Shown: in pieces, positions 8,949 to 21,126 of the stretch | Layout of the letters: every line of letters starts with the position of its first letter | Numbering within the stretch: the first letter of the stretch is position 1 | Source: Myxococcaceae bacterium | Lineage (GTDB): Bacteria; Myxococcota_A; Polyangia; Polyangiales; Ga0077539 | Assembly: GCA_028287085.1 (NCBI GenBank) | Contig: JAQBQI010000389.1 | Coordinates: forward strand, 1-44,896 | Direction: 5' to 3' | Length of the DNA stretch: 44,896 nucleotides | Notes under the pieces: model-generated | The model's input: the letters and a program-made list of their open reading frames with translations, nothing else | What the model was told of the DNA's origin: nothing | The model's database searches: none | Translations under genes and position numbers: made by a program

Positions 8949-11576
8949 TCAATTCGATCTATTTGAACGTGATGCAGTGCCTGAGGCGCCTCTCGCCATC
9001 AGTGCAGACTCCCGCGCGACGGCCTCGATGAGCTTCGGCAGCCGGTCGACGACAGAGGCCAGGTCGCCCGCGCGAGCCTCAAGGTCTCCGAGGCGCCGGA
9101 GCTCGCGGTCGATCTTCCGCTGCTCTTCCGCCACGAGGCCTTCAATCCAGCGGTTGAAGACGACGAGCTGTCGATCGAGCAGCGACTCGAGCGCCGCGAC
9201 GGACTGTTGCAGGAGGTGGGCGCTGTCCTGTTCGATGTGCTGAACCGCCGCAGCCCGAAATGCGCGGACATCCTCAGCGGTCTTGGCGAACACCTTCTTC
9301 TTCAGGTCATCGAGGCTCGGCCCAAAAGCAAAGCCAATCAACCCGCCGACGAGGCCCCCGATGACGGAGCCTACGCCCGGAAAGATCAACGTCCCGATCG
9401 CAGCGCCAGCTCCCATGCCGGCCGCGCTGGCGAAGATGTTCTCGGAATCGTGCCCGGACAGCATCGACGCGAGACCGCCCGCGAGTTCGTCGCCGCCCGC
9501 CCCCAAGGTCAGCTCCAGTCCATCCAACCGAACATTCGCCTCGCCGGCGACCAGCCGGCTCACGACCCGATACCGCTCACGAATCTCGTTCGCGGCGGCG
9601 GTCGCCTCCCGCGTCAACTCTTGGTGGAGTTGATCGCGCTGGGTCTCCATCACCTTCTCCGTCAGGACCTTCAACCGCTTGAAGCGCCTGGGCATCTCCT
9701 CCTGCACGAATTTCTCGAGTTGCGTCTTGTCTGGCTGCGACGACAGTACTGCCTCGACCGAATCACACCACTCATCGACCTGCTGATTGAACGCCACCAC
9801 GCTCGCCTGCTGCACAGATTCGTAGGCCCCTCGCAGCGTCCTCCGATGCGCCGTCACCAGCCTCTTAACTTCCTTCTGCGGATCAGGGAGCCGGCTGTTG
9901 GTCAGGGTTCTGATTCGCTCGTTGTACGCCGCCTTGAGCTGCTCGACTGCTTCTCGGGATGACCTGACCACGGCGGTCGCGATCTGCGCGCAACGCACTG
10001 CCAGGACCGTAGTGCGCTCCGCCGCCAGCACCCGTAACAGGCGGGCCATCGACTCGTCGAACGCCCGAGCCCAGGACTGATCAAACGAGGGATCGTCCGC
10101 GATCGCCCGATCGGCCGACACATCGACAAGGAAGACCTCTTCGGACCTTCGGCCTACCACCTTCGCGAACTGCTGCCGCGCAACTGTGATCGCTTCTGCG
10201 CACTGCTCCCGGGCCTCGTCCTCGTCCTCCGTGATGAGCAGCGCGTTCTTGTGCGCGGCATCAACCTGGGTCACAACCAGCGCGACATGGGGAATATACT
10301 CGGTGAGTCGCGCGACGATCTTCTGCGTCTCCTGCGACATCACCTGCCGCATCGGCGTCAGCAGAACACACGCATCCGCATCATGCTCGATCGCCTTCCA
10401 GGCGCGCTCCTGGAACACCTTGTTCGGAGTATTCACCCCGGGCGTGTCCATGAGCACGAGCCCTCCCTTCAGGCGCTGCGCCGGAAACTGGATGTGAACC
10501 TCGCTAACCGTTGCCCCCCGACCGTGCAGGTCACCGAGGTCGCGCACATGCCGTCGAAACTGTCGGTCCCGGTCGTCACGATGCCTCTGGAGCGCAGCGC
10601 TCAACTCGGGGATCGCCCGCCTCGAATCCGCGAGCCGACGCTCGGCGAGGGCAACGCTGTCCACCGCCGCACGAACAGCGCGGGCAGCGGCATCGGCGGC
10701 CTGAGTTGCGTCGGCGGTCGCACGCTGCGATGACAGGTGTCGGAGGTCGGCCTGGTGGCGCAGGCCTCGACTGGCGTTGAGGGCAGCTCCACCGTGCTCG
10801 CGGTGCCCGACCGCGCGGCGCCACGCCTGTCGCTTCGTCCCCCAGAGCCAGCCGAGCAGCACCCGCGCCGTCCACCACCAGAATGCCCACCAGCGCGGCT
10901 CTTCTCGCAGCATCAACGGGACGGCCGACGCATGCTCCTGCTCCACGAGGGAAGCGCGCTGGAGAAACGCCCCCGCTTCAACGAGCTTGCGCTCTTCGGC
11001 GTCAAGCTGCGCCCTGTCGAGCTCCTCCGTCTGACATGCACCAACGACCTCGTTGCTCTTGCGATTTCCTTCCTTGATCGCCACATCTCGAGCACGTACT
11101 GCCGAGTCGAGGTCCGCCCGACGCAGACGCGCGAGGGCCTCGCCCGCGCGCAATCGCTCCACCAGTCCGGAGCGCTGATCTGGAACCTCATCGTTGAATC
11201 GTACACGGCGGCCACTCGATTCGAGATACCAGTAGTCGGCGTCGATTCCTTCGCGAAGGTAGGTGACCGAGCCGGTGAACTCCCCCGTCGCGGCCCCCAA
11301 CAGACGCGTTCCCAACATGGCGTTGAGGAACGTGCTCTTGCCCGCCTTGAACTCACCTACGATCGCAACGTACATTTCCTCGCGATCGAGCCGCCTACGC
11401 ATGTCCGCGGTGGCTTCCGCGAGCGCCGTACGAGCCTTCGCAGACAGCTCGGGGTGCTCGCGTACGAAGGCCTCGATGTCCCGCGCCGTTCGTTGCACGA
11501 GCGACTGGAGCTCGCCTGCGCTCCGGGCGGCGCGGAGGTCGTAGACGAGCGTCTGCTGGCGTTCAGTGCTCGGCAT
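8949..11576 (-). CDS. bacterial dynamin-like GTPase (BDLP), second of a tandem pair
   Basis: P-loop VGEFKAGKSTFLNAMLG, G3 LMDTPGVN, G4-like VVTQVDAA. There is a Gly-rich hydrophobic paddle FASAAGMGAGAAIGTLIFPGVGSVIGGLVGGLIGFAFGP near the C-terminus. The start overlaps the upstream gene by 14 nt. Confidence 0.85.
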   Translation of the reverse strand: MPSTERQQTLVYDLRAARSAGELQSLVQRTARDIEAFVREHPELSAKARTALAEATADMRRRLDREEMYVAIVGEFKAGKSTFLNAMLGTRLLGAATGEFTGSVTYLREGIDADYWYLESSGRRVRFNDEVPDQRSGLVERLRAGEALARLRRADLDSAVRARDVAIKEGNRKSNEVVGACQTEELDRAQLDAEERKLVEAGAFLQRASLVEQEHASAVPLMLREEPRWWAFWWWTARVLLGWLWGTKRQAWRRAVGHREHGGAALNASRGLRHQADLRHLSSQRATADATQAADAAARAVRAAVDSVALAERRLADSRRAIPELSAALQRHRDDRDRQFRRHVRDLGDLHGRGATVSEVHIQFPAQRLKGGLVLMDTPGVNTPNKVFQERAWKAIEHDADACVLLTPMRQVMSQETQKIVARLTEYIPHVALVVTQVDAAHKNALLITEDEDEAREQCAEAITVARQQFAKVVGRRSEEVFLVDVSADRAIADDPSFDQSWARAFDESMARLLRVLAAERTTVLAVRCAQIATAVVRSSREAVEQLKAAYNERIRTLTNSRLPDPQKEVKRLVTAHRRTLRGAYESVQQASVVAFNQQVDEWCDSVEAVLSSQPDKTQLEKFVQEEMPRRFKRLKVLTEKVMETQRDQLHQELTREATAAANEIRERYRVVSRLVAGEANVRLDGLELTLGAGGDELAGGLASMLSGHDSENIFASAAGMGAGAAIGTLIFPGVGSVIGGLVGGLIGFAFGPSLDDLKKKVFAKTAEDVRAFRAAAVQHIEQDSAHLLQQSVAALESLLDRQLVVFNRWIEGLVAEEQRKIDRELRRLGDLEARAGDLASVVDRLPKLIEAVARESALMARGASGTASRSNRSN

Positions 11577-13530
11577 ATGAGCGCGCCGCGCGCAGCCCCT
11601 CCTGGACGGCCGCGGCCCGATGGCGGAATCTGTCGAGTTCGCGCACCCGACGATCGACGCTTTCCTGGCCGCGCTGTAGCTCCGCGAGGCTGCTCTCGAC
11701 CTGCCCCCGCAGCTCGTCGAGCATCATCGTGAGCGCATCATCGATCTTTCCCTTGAGGACAACGATCTGCTTTAGCGCCTCTTCGGCGATCACCCCGCCG
11801 TCTGTACTGGCCGTCGCGGCGAGCCCCTCATGGAACTTCGTCGCGAGCTTCTCCTTGACGTCGTCCCTCATGCTCCCTGACTGAACGGCGGTGCCGGCGA
11901 GACCGGAGACGATGCTCGCGATGATGAGCGCGACAGGGTTGAGACCGAGCGCGACAAGCCCGAAGAGCGCGACGAGGTGCAGTCCGAGGCCCTTGAGCAT
12001 CCCTTTGAAGCCGACCGCGCCTCCCATGACGGCGCCGCCGACGCCTCCGAGCACGAGCCCGCCGACGCCCGCGAGCACTCGCTCGAGCGTGCTGACATCG
12101 TCGCCGTCGACCATGGAACTTGGCCCCATCGTGATCGCAGCCCGAATGGACTCGACCTCGCGGACGTACTTGGCTACCCCCTCGGCGAGATCGTCGCCGA
12201 GCGCCTCGAGCTCTCCCTGCAGCATTGGTTGCAAGACCGTCTCTGCCCACCGCTTCTGCTCGGTGCCGAGGGCGCCTCGAAGTGCGACCTCGATGCGCTT
12301 CGTCACACCGGATCGATCAGTCACGAGTTCGTGCCATCCGATCTCGACGCCCTTCACGGCCTCGCGCAGCTTCGGAAGTAGTCCGCTGACGAAGGTCACA
12401 TAGCTGTTCGAGATCCGCTCGTGCAGGCGATCTCTGGTGTGACCGATGCGACGCAGGACGCCCGCACGTTGCCTCTCGAGCTCCTTGAACCTTGGCTGCT
12501 GTGAGTCGTACCGCTGCTGGAGGTCGGTCAGCGATGCGCGAAGGAGGACCTCGCGCTGCTGGAGCAGCGGACCGAACTCCTTGATGGCGTGCTCGGCGGC
12601 CCCGAGGGGGCTCCGGAGCTTCAGGGCTCCGCGCTCGGACGCAAGAAAGCCCTCAAGCCCGCGTTCGAAGGTGGGGAGACCCGATTCGAGCAGCTTCTGC
12701 TGATCTTGTGCCTTGCGCGCCAGCAGCCCGTTGAGAGCAGACACGTAGAAGACCCGGGTGGCCCCTCCGATGTAGGGCTCGAGATACTGCCTGGACCTGG
12801 CACGAAGGTCGGCGTCATCGTCTTCGCTTCCCTGGACCGCATCGTACTCGTTCCAGATCGCGAAGATGCTCGTCGCGTCCTTCGCGTATCTGCCCAGGAC
12901 CTCTTGGATGAATTCCTTCTCCGACTGGCTGAGCTGTTGCTTGCAACTCAGCACGAGCACCATCGCGTCGGCCTGGTCGAGGAACGACCGGGTCACCTCG
13001 GTCCGGGTGTCGTCTTCGTTCAGTCCTGGCGAGTCCACGATGGAAACGCCCTGACGGCACAGGTCGATCGGTGCCAAGACGTCCATCCGCTCGAACTCGC
13101 TCCGTCGGATGCGGTCCGGCTCGCCATCGACTCGACCGATGGCGATGTACTTCTTGATATCGTTGGTTTCGATCTCAAGCGGGGCTCTCTTCTGGTCGGT
13201 GTAGAACAGCGTCGCCCTTTCGCGCTCTGCATAGGTGACCTTCGTGATCACCGCGGTGCAGGGCGCAATCTTCGCTGGAAGAATTGAGCGTCCGAGCATG
13301 GCGTTGATCAGCGTGCTCTTCCCGCGCTTGAACTCACCGACGACCATGAGGTTGAATGAATCGGAGAGCAGATGATCCGCCATGGACCTCAGTCGTGCTG
13401 AACGTGTCGCCGTTTCCGACGCACCGCCATCTCCGACCTCCTCCCACAGCGCGGCGACGTCCCGCAACGACTTGGCCAGACTCTCGGCGACTGTCTTGTA
13501 GTCCCCATACGATCGCTCAGATTGCGCCAT
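11563..13530 (-). CDS. bacterial dynamin-like GTPase (BDLP), first of a tandem pair
   Basis: P-loop VGEFKRGKSTLINAMLG, G3 IVDSPGLNE, G4-like WNEYD, and a Gly-rich paddle LAGVGGLVLGGVGGAVMGGAVGF...LIIASIVSGLAGTAV. I prefer the start at 13530 (MAQSERS) because GGAGG lies 6 nt upstream. The ORF also opens at an ATG at 13551. Confidence 0.85.
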   Translation of the reverse strand: MAQSERSYGDYKTVAESLAKSLRDVAALWEEVGDGGASETATRSARLRSMADHLLSDSFNLMVVGEFKRGKSTLINAMLGRSILPAKIAPCTAVITKVTYAERERATLFYTDQKRAPLEIETNDIKKYIAIGRVDGEPDRIRRSEFERMDVLAPIDLCRQGVSIVDSPGLNEDDTRTEVTRSFLDQADAMVLVLSCKQQLSQSEKEFIQEVLGRYAKDATSIFAIWNEYDAVQGSEDDDADLRARSRQYLEPYIGGATRVFYVSALNGLLARKAQDQQKLLESGLPTFERGLEGFLASERGALKLRSPLGAAEHAIKEFGPLLQQREVLLRASLTDLQQRYDSQQPRFKELERQRAGVLRRIGHTRDRLHERISNSYVTFVSGLLPKLREAVKGVEIGWHELVTDRSGVTKRIEVALRGALGTEQKRWAETVLQPMLQGELEALGDDLAEGVAKYVREVESIRAAITMGPSSMVDGDDVSTLERVLAGVGGLVLGGVGGAVMGGAVGFKGMLKGLGLHLVALFGLVALGLNPVALIIASIVSGLAGTAVQSGSMRDDVKEKLATKFHEGLAATASTDGGVIAEEALKQIVVLKGKIDDALTMMLDELRGQVESSLAELQRGQESVDRRVRELDRFRHRAAAVQEGLRAARSYAEH

Positions 13531-13662
13531 CCTCACCCTCCGTTCACCCATCGGTTACCACAGTCCGCCTTTCTCGGACAGAGGCTTCCACGGGATCGAT
13601 TGCCCGGTCGGCCTTGCTAGTCTTCAAGGCGGGCGTGGCCGTTGATGCTGACGCTGGAACCT

Positions 13663-13708
13663 AGCGGGTGCGGTTTGCCAACCAGCGGGTGCGGACGACA
13701 CGCCCGCT
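13663..13708. promoter_or_regulatory. operator-like repeats in the divergent intergenic region
   Basis: AGCGGGTGCGG occurs at 13663..13673 and again at 13684..13694 (21-bp spacing, two helical turns). An inverted partial copy GCCCGCT lies at 13702..13708. The repeats sit between the minus-strand dynamin block and the plus-strand operon. Confidence 0.3.
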
Positions 13709-14075
13709 GCCATCTTGTTGCTTGTCGGCAGTGGTGCTGCCCCTCCGTCGGTCAGCGTCACGCTGCTGCGAGCCACCAAGCCCGCTCCGCTCCCCATCGA
13801 CGTCTTCGAGCCTCTCCGAGGCCTGCGCCTCGAAGCGATACCGTTCGGTCGCTCGCGGTGTCCCTTGCCCGCCGGGAGCACTTCAGCTGGGTGATGGGCT
13901 GGAGTACCTTGGCGATCTCGGCACCAATCTTTCGGCCTCTTCGCCGTATGATGCGACCGAGCCCGCGACCAATCGTTGGGACTGCTGTCAGATTGTTCGC
14001 TAGGGGAGCGTCGAGCGGATGCTTTGTCCAAGAACGCCGGTGGTGGGGCGCAGGCCCGCGAAGGATGCTCGTCGC

Positions 14076-16157
14076 ATGTCGAATCCGCTTCCATTGCCTC
14101 TGTCCCAGCAGATGCTCGCGTGGCTCGTCCTGGCCCTCGGGCACGAGAACTCCGGCTCGCGCGGGCGCCGCCTGTCCCGCGGCACGCTCCAGAGCGCTCG
14201 CCACGGCAAGATCATCACGCGCAGCTGGCAGGACCTCGTGGAGAGTGTGACCGCGTTGCTGGGGCTCCCGCCGGTGGCACCCGCGCCGTGGCCCGAGCTG
14301 CTCCGCCGTTGGGACGCCGCGGTCACTACTATGCGCGCTCCGGCGCTCGAAGCTGGCGACGCGCTGCTCCCCGTCCTGCGGATCGCCGTCCCGCGAATCG
14401 GCGTCCGACTGGGCGCCGTGGCCGCGCTCGCCGCCTCCGCCACCGGAGCTCCGGAGAGTCGATGGGAGTGGCTCTGCGATCCACTCGACCCGCACCTGCC
14501 GAGGCGGGTGCTGGAGGGGTTGCTCACCCGCCATCGCCCGGAATGGCGAACCTGGGAGCAGCGCTACGCCGGGCTCGCCGGAGCGGTGGACCAGCGAACG
14601 ATCGAGAAGTGGAACGCCGGGGCCGTGCCGAGCCCGAAGGTGATCGGGAAGATCGCCGCGGCCGTGCACCGGGACGCCGAGGGGCCGCTCCGGTGGGCGC
14701 GGGCCCTGATGCTCTTGCGCGGCGAGTTGGAAGCGCTGGTCGGCGCCGTGGTGGTGAACTCCTGGCGGCGCGCCGTCCGGCAGGTCGCGACCTCGACCCT
14801 GGCCACCCTCACAGACCCGATGGCCATGTCCCGTGTCGCCGAGTTCTGGAACGAGGAGCTCGCCCGCGGCGCGACTCCCGAAGTCTTGGCCCTCTTCGCC
14901 GGGCTCGCGCAGATGGCCGGCGTCGAGTCCCGCGGGGACGACGCGGCCCCGTGGCTGGAGTGGGTCGCGGCGGCGCGGTACGGCGCGCGGTCTCCGACCA
15001 GGCCCGAGACCCACGCCGTTCTCCTGCTGACCATCCTGCAGCCGCACGCCCGACTGCTCAGCGCGTCGATGGGGCATTGCGACTCCCAGGTCGCCGATGC
15101 GCTGGCCCTGGCAGACCTCGGACGCTGGCTCGCGGGCGAGTGGGACCTGCTGTCGATGCTCCGTCGCCTCGTGCGAGGGGAGCCGATCGAGTTGTTGCAT
15201 CGCGGTCGCCCCAGGACGACGGGCCCGGTCCCCGACGATGTGCGCGACGCCGCGAAGGTCGCCCTCGAGAGCACACAGCGCTTCATCCGGGAGCGGGCAG
15301 ACAACACACGAGATCGAGAGGCCGACCGAACCGTCGGCCTGTTCCTGCTCGACGGGAACGCCCTCGACTACCGTGCGGAACTCACCGCATCGAGGGTGGG
15401 TCTCCCGCTCGCGGTGATCGACCGGGACCTCGAGCGCGCGATGCCGGAAGCAGACGTGCGCGCGACCCCAGCACTCGCATGCGCGCGGGCGCGACGGCTG
15501 GCGGAGGAGAACGACGTCCTCGGGGCGATCGCCATGTTCCAATCCATAGACGCCAGTGATCCTGTGCTGGATCGATCCGCACGCCGCGATCTCGCTCGGG
15601 CAATGATCGCGCTTGCGCACTCCCAGCTGGATGAATGCTACGAGAGTGTTCGAGAGTGGCTGGAGCTACGGGCGACGTTCCTCGTCGGGGATGACGCAAT
15701 GGCGATCGGCGAAGTGCTCACCGCTCTCGCCGACCGGGTCATCGCCGTCCTCGCCGCGCTGAACCAACTGCACTACTCGGCGGTCTTCATGCTCGTGCTT
15801 CCCGGGATCGCCGAGCCGCCCATCGATTCATTTGTGATGTCCTTCCCATTTGCTCTGCGATGCGAAGGCGTCTTTCGAGCGTTCGACCGCGAAAGCACGA
15901 TGCGGCCCGACTCGCTGACCTCCGCGGCAGTGCTCGCCTCGTGGGCAGAGAAGAACCCGAACGACGGCGAAGTGGCTGCGCTCCTCGCCCTCTGGGCTCG
16001 ATTCAGTGGCAGCTCTCCAGCGGCGCAAGCCAGCGCCGACAAGCTCTGTGAGCACCTCGGGACCGCGCCACTCCGCGACCAATGGATTGCGCGCCTCGAC
16101 CGCGACCTCCCTTTGACCACGAACGCCGGTTCTGGCCGGACCCTGGGGGAGGCATGA
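14076..16157 (+). CDS. hypothetical large alpha-helical protein (first gene of the plus-strand operon)
   Basis: This frame has very high GC3 and an ordinary amino-acid composition, whereas the overlapping 13758..15620(-) and 13976..15559(+) ORFs are Arg/Pro/Gly-rich. The ATG at 14076 (MSNPLPL) follows GAAGGA; the ORF opens at 14019. I recognise no domain. Confidence 0.65.
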   Translation: MSNPLPLPLSQQMLAWLVLALGHENSGSRGRRLSRGTLQSARHGKIITRSWQDLVESVTALLGLPPVAPAPWPELLRRWDAAVTTMRAPALEAGDALLPVLRIAVPRIGVRLGAVAALAASATGAPESRWEWLCDPLDPHLPRRVLEGLLTRHRPEWRTWEQRYAGLAGAVDQRTIEKWNAGAVPSPKVIGKIAAAVHRDAEGPLRWARALMLLRGELEALVGAVVVNSWRRAVRQVATSTLATLTDPMAMSRVAEFWNEELARGATPEVLALFAGLAQMAGVESRGDDAAPWLEWVAAARYGARSPTRPETHAVLLLTILQPHARLLSASMGHCDSQVADALALADLGRWLAGEWDLLSMLRRLVRGEPIELLHRGRPRTTGPVPDDVRDAAKVALESTQRFIRERADNTRDREADRTVGLFLLDGNALDYRAELTASRVGLPLAVIDRDLERAMPEADVRATPALACARARRLAEENDVLGAIAMFQSIDASDPVLDRSARRDLARAMIALAHSQLDECYESVREWLELRATFLVGDDAMAIGEVLTALADRVIAVLAALNQLHYSAVFMLVLPGIAEPPIDSFVMSFPFALRCEGVFRAFDRESTMRPDSLTSAAVLASWAEKNPNDGEVAALLALWARFSGSSPAAQASADKLCEHLGTAPLRDQWIARLDRDLPLTTNAGSGRTLGEA

Positions 16158-16179
16158 ACTCCGTGGAGGTCACTCATCC

Positions 16180-16491
16180 ATGGAACGTCCCGATTCATCA
16201 TCTCTCCTCGCACGCGCGGTTCGTGTCGCCGTCTTCGGTGGAGACGCCCGACAGGAGCGCCGCTTTCGACACCTCGGCGAGGTCGCCTTCTACCCGGCTG
16301 CCGGGTGCGGCGGCCCCCACCACGCGCAGCGGCTACTCGATTCGATCCGGCACGGCGGCGTCGACCGGGTCTTCATCCTCGCGCGCTGGAACGGCCACAG
16401 CGCGTCGGGCAGGGTCCGCGACGTCGCCCGTCGGCACGGCGTCCCCGTGACGATCCTCGCAGGGGTACAGGCCCCCCGCACCACTACTTAA
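16180..16491 (+). CDS. small DUF2325-like protein
   Basis: 103 aa. The pattern VAVFGGD...HGGVDRVFILARWNGHSASGRVRDVARRHGVPV resembles DUF2325 (GG...aD.Vv..td.vSH......k..a...g.P) from memory. It starts 22 nt after the upstream stop and ends 8 nt before the epimerase start. Confidence 0.5.
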   Translation: MERPDSSSLLARAVRVAVFGGDARQERRFRHLGEVAFYPAAGCGGPHHAQRLLDSIRHGGVDRVFILARWNGHSASGRVRDVARRHGVPVTILAGVQAPRTTT

Positions 16492-16499
16492 CGGAAGGG

Positions 16500-17407
16500 A
16501 TGACCCGGATGCCCAGACAGATTCTCATCACTGGTTCGTGCGGCCTCGTCGGGCGCGCGCTGACCCGCACGCTCACCACCGCGGGCTACGCCGTGCGCGG
16601 CCTCGACCCGGCGGCCGGGAACGCCCGCGACCGCGGCGACGTGCGCGACGCCGACGCCGTCCGCGCGGCGGTTGCCGAGAGCGACGCCGTGCTGCACCTC
16701 GGTGCGGTCTCCCGCGTCGTCTGGGGCGAGCGCGACCCGGCGCTCTGCCAGGCCACCAACGTCGAGGGCACCCGCAACGTCCTCCTCGCCGCCGCCCGCG
16801 CGCCGACCCGCCCGTGGGTGGTCGTCGCGAGCAGCCGCGAGGTCTACGGCCAGGCCACTACGCTGCCGGTCACCGAGGACGCCCCGCGACGACCGATGAA
16901 CGTCTACGCGCGCTCGAAGGTCGCCGCCGAAGAGCTCGCCGAGGCCGCCCGGCGGGACGGCGTCCGCGCCACGGTGGTGCGCCTGTCCAACGTCTACGGC
17001 TGCACCCGCGATCACCACGACCGGGTGATCCCGGCCTTCGCGCGGGCGGCGACCTTCGGTGACGCGATTCGAGTCGAGGGGGCCGACCGCCTGTACGACT
17101 TCACCCATATCGACGACGTCGCTCGCGGCCTCACCGCCCTGGTTCGTCGCCTCGACACCGGCATCGAGTTGCCGCCGATCCATTTCGTTTCGGGCGTCGG
17201 AACGACCCTCGGCGAACTCGCCTCTCTCGCGACTGCGCTCGCGGGCACGACTTGCGAGATCGCCCCCGCGCCGCCGCGCACCTACGACGTCGCGCGCTTC
17301 GTGGGCGACCCCGCACGGGCGTCCGACCTCCTCGACTGGCGACCGACGACTCCGCTGTCCGAAGGCCTTGCCCGACTGATCACGATGTTCCGCGAGGAGG
17401 GATCCCG

Positions 17408-17411
<4 letters not shown>
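16500..17411 (+). CDS. NAD-dependent epimerase/dehydratase (SDR family)
   Basis: Rossmann motif ILITGSCGLVGRAL and catalytic YARSK (YxxxK). The ATG at 16500 is preceded by GGAAGGG. The supplied ORF's upstream extension from 16305 is Arg/Pro-rich and unlikely to be coding. Confidence 0.9.
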
Positions 17412-19758
<2,347 letters not shown>

Positions 19759-19762
<4 letters not shown>

Positions 19763-21126
19763 ACTGGCGGACACTGCTCCCCTCCGACGACGGGACCCAC
19801 CACATCCGCGCGGGTGCCCCTGCCTACGCGCATCGCTTCGACGAGGTGTTGAAGTTCCACGAGCCGGGCCTCGCGCCAGTACGGCGCTGCGACGAGGCGT
19901 GGCACATCGACCCGTCGGGCGCGGCCGCGTACTCGCGTCGCTTCCGGCGCACCTTCGGCTTCTACGAGGGCCGCGCGGCGGTCGAGTCCGGCGACGGCTG
20001 GCATCACATCACGCCCGACGGCAAGGACGCCTACGGGCAGCGCTTCGCGTGGTCCGGCAACTTCCAGGGCGGCCGGGCGACGGTGCGCGCGCACGACGGT
20101 CGCTACCACCACCTGCTCCCCGACGGCGCGCCCTGCTACGCGGAGCGCTGGCGCTACGCGGGCGACTACCGCGACGGCGTCGCGGTGGTGCAGGCCGACG
20201 ACGGCAGCTCGTCCCACCTCGACGCGGCGGGAGCGCTGCTCCACGGGCGGTGGTTCGTCGACCTCGACGTGTTCCACAAGGGATTCGCGCGGGCGCGGGA
20301 CGAGTGGGGCTGGACGCACGTCGATCGGGCGGGCCGCCCCGCGTACGACCGACGCTTCGCGATGGTGGAGCCCTTCTACAACGGCCAGGCCCGGGCCGAG
20401 CGCGACGACGGCGCGCTCGAGGTCATCGACGAGGGAGGCCGCACGCTCACCGCGCTCCGCGAGCCGCCGCGCAAGGAGTCTGCCGTGGGCACCGACGAGA
20501 GGGCCGTCCGCGCGGAGCTCGCCCGCGTGGCGCGGCTCATCTACGAGCGCGGGTACAACGTCTCGATCGACGGCAACCTCTCCTACCGCCTCGACGACGG
20601 CACCCTGCTCATGACCCCGAGCGGGTCGCACAACGGGTTCATCCGCCCGGAAGACTTCGTCGTGACGCGCGCCGACGGATCGATCCTGCGGGGCGACCGC
20701 GCGCCGACTTCGGAGTACCGACTCCACGTCGAGATGCACCGCGTCCGCCCGGACTGCCGGTGTGTCATCCACGTGCACTCGCCCAACGCGCTCGCCGCCT
20801 CGCTCGCTGGGATCGACCTGCACGAGAGCTGGATCACCGTCGCGCCCGTCCCCACCACCCGGTACGCCCGCATCTCGTCGGAGCAGACCCCCGAGGTGCT
20901 GCGTCCCTACATGGACGACTACAACTGGGCGATCCTCCCGCGCCACGGCATCGTGACCTGGGCCGACACGGTGTGGAACGCCTTCCTCCGCGTGGAGGGC
21001 CTCGAGCACTACGCGAAGGTGCTGATCGCGGCGCGCTCGTGCGGTCCGATCGAGCCCATGCCCGACGACCGTCGCATCGAGCTGCTCTCGTTCTGGAACC
21101 TCGAGCACCTCGCGAGGAAGCCGTGA
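19759..21126 (+). CDS. fusion protein: WG-repeat domain plus class II aldolase/adducin-family domain
   Basis: The ATG at 19759 overlaps the upstream TGA (ATGA). There are about six ~38-aa repeats of the form G.W.HI...G...Y..RF......F..G.A.V. The C-terminal half carries class II aldolase motifs DGNLSYRL, LMTPSGS, SEYRLHVEMH and VIHVHSPNALA. Confidence 0.8.

Noticed and set aside
13758-15620. 620-aa minus-strand ORF (and the 13976..15559 plus-strand ORF) overlapping the 14076..16157 gene
   Set aside because: The composition is Arg/Pro/Gly-dominated and low-complexity, typical of out-of-frame or antisense ORFs in a 70% GC genome. The 14076 frame has the G/C-rich third positions and a normal composition.
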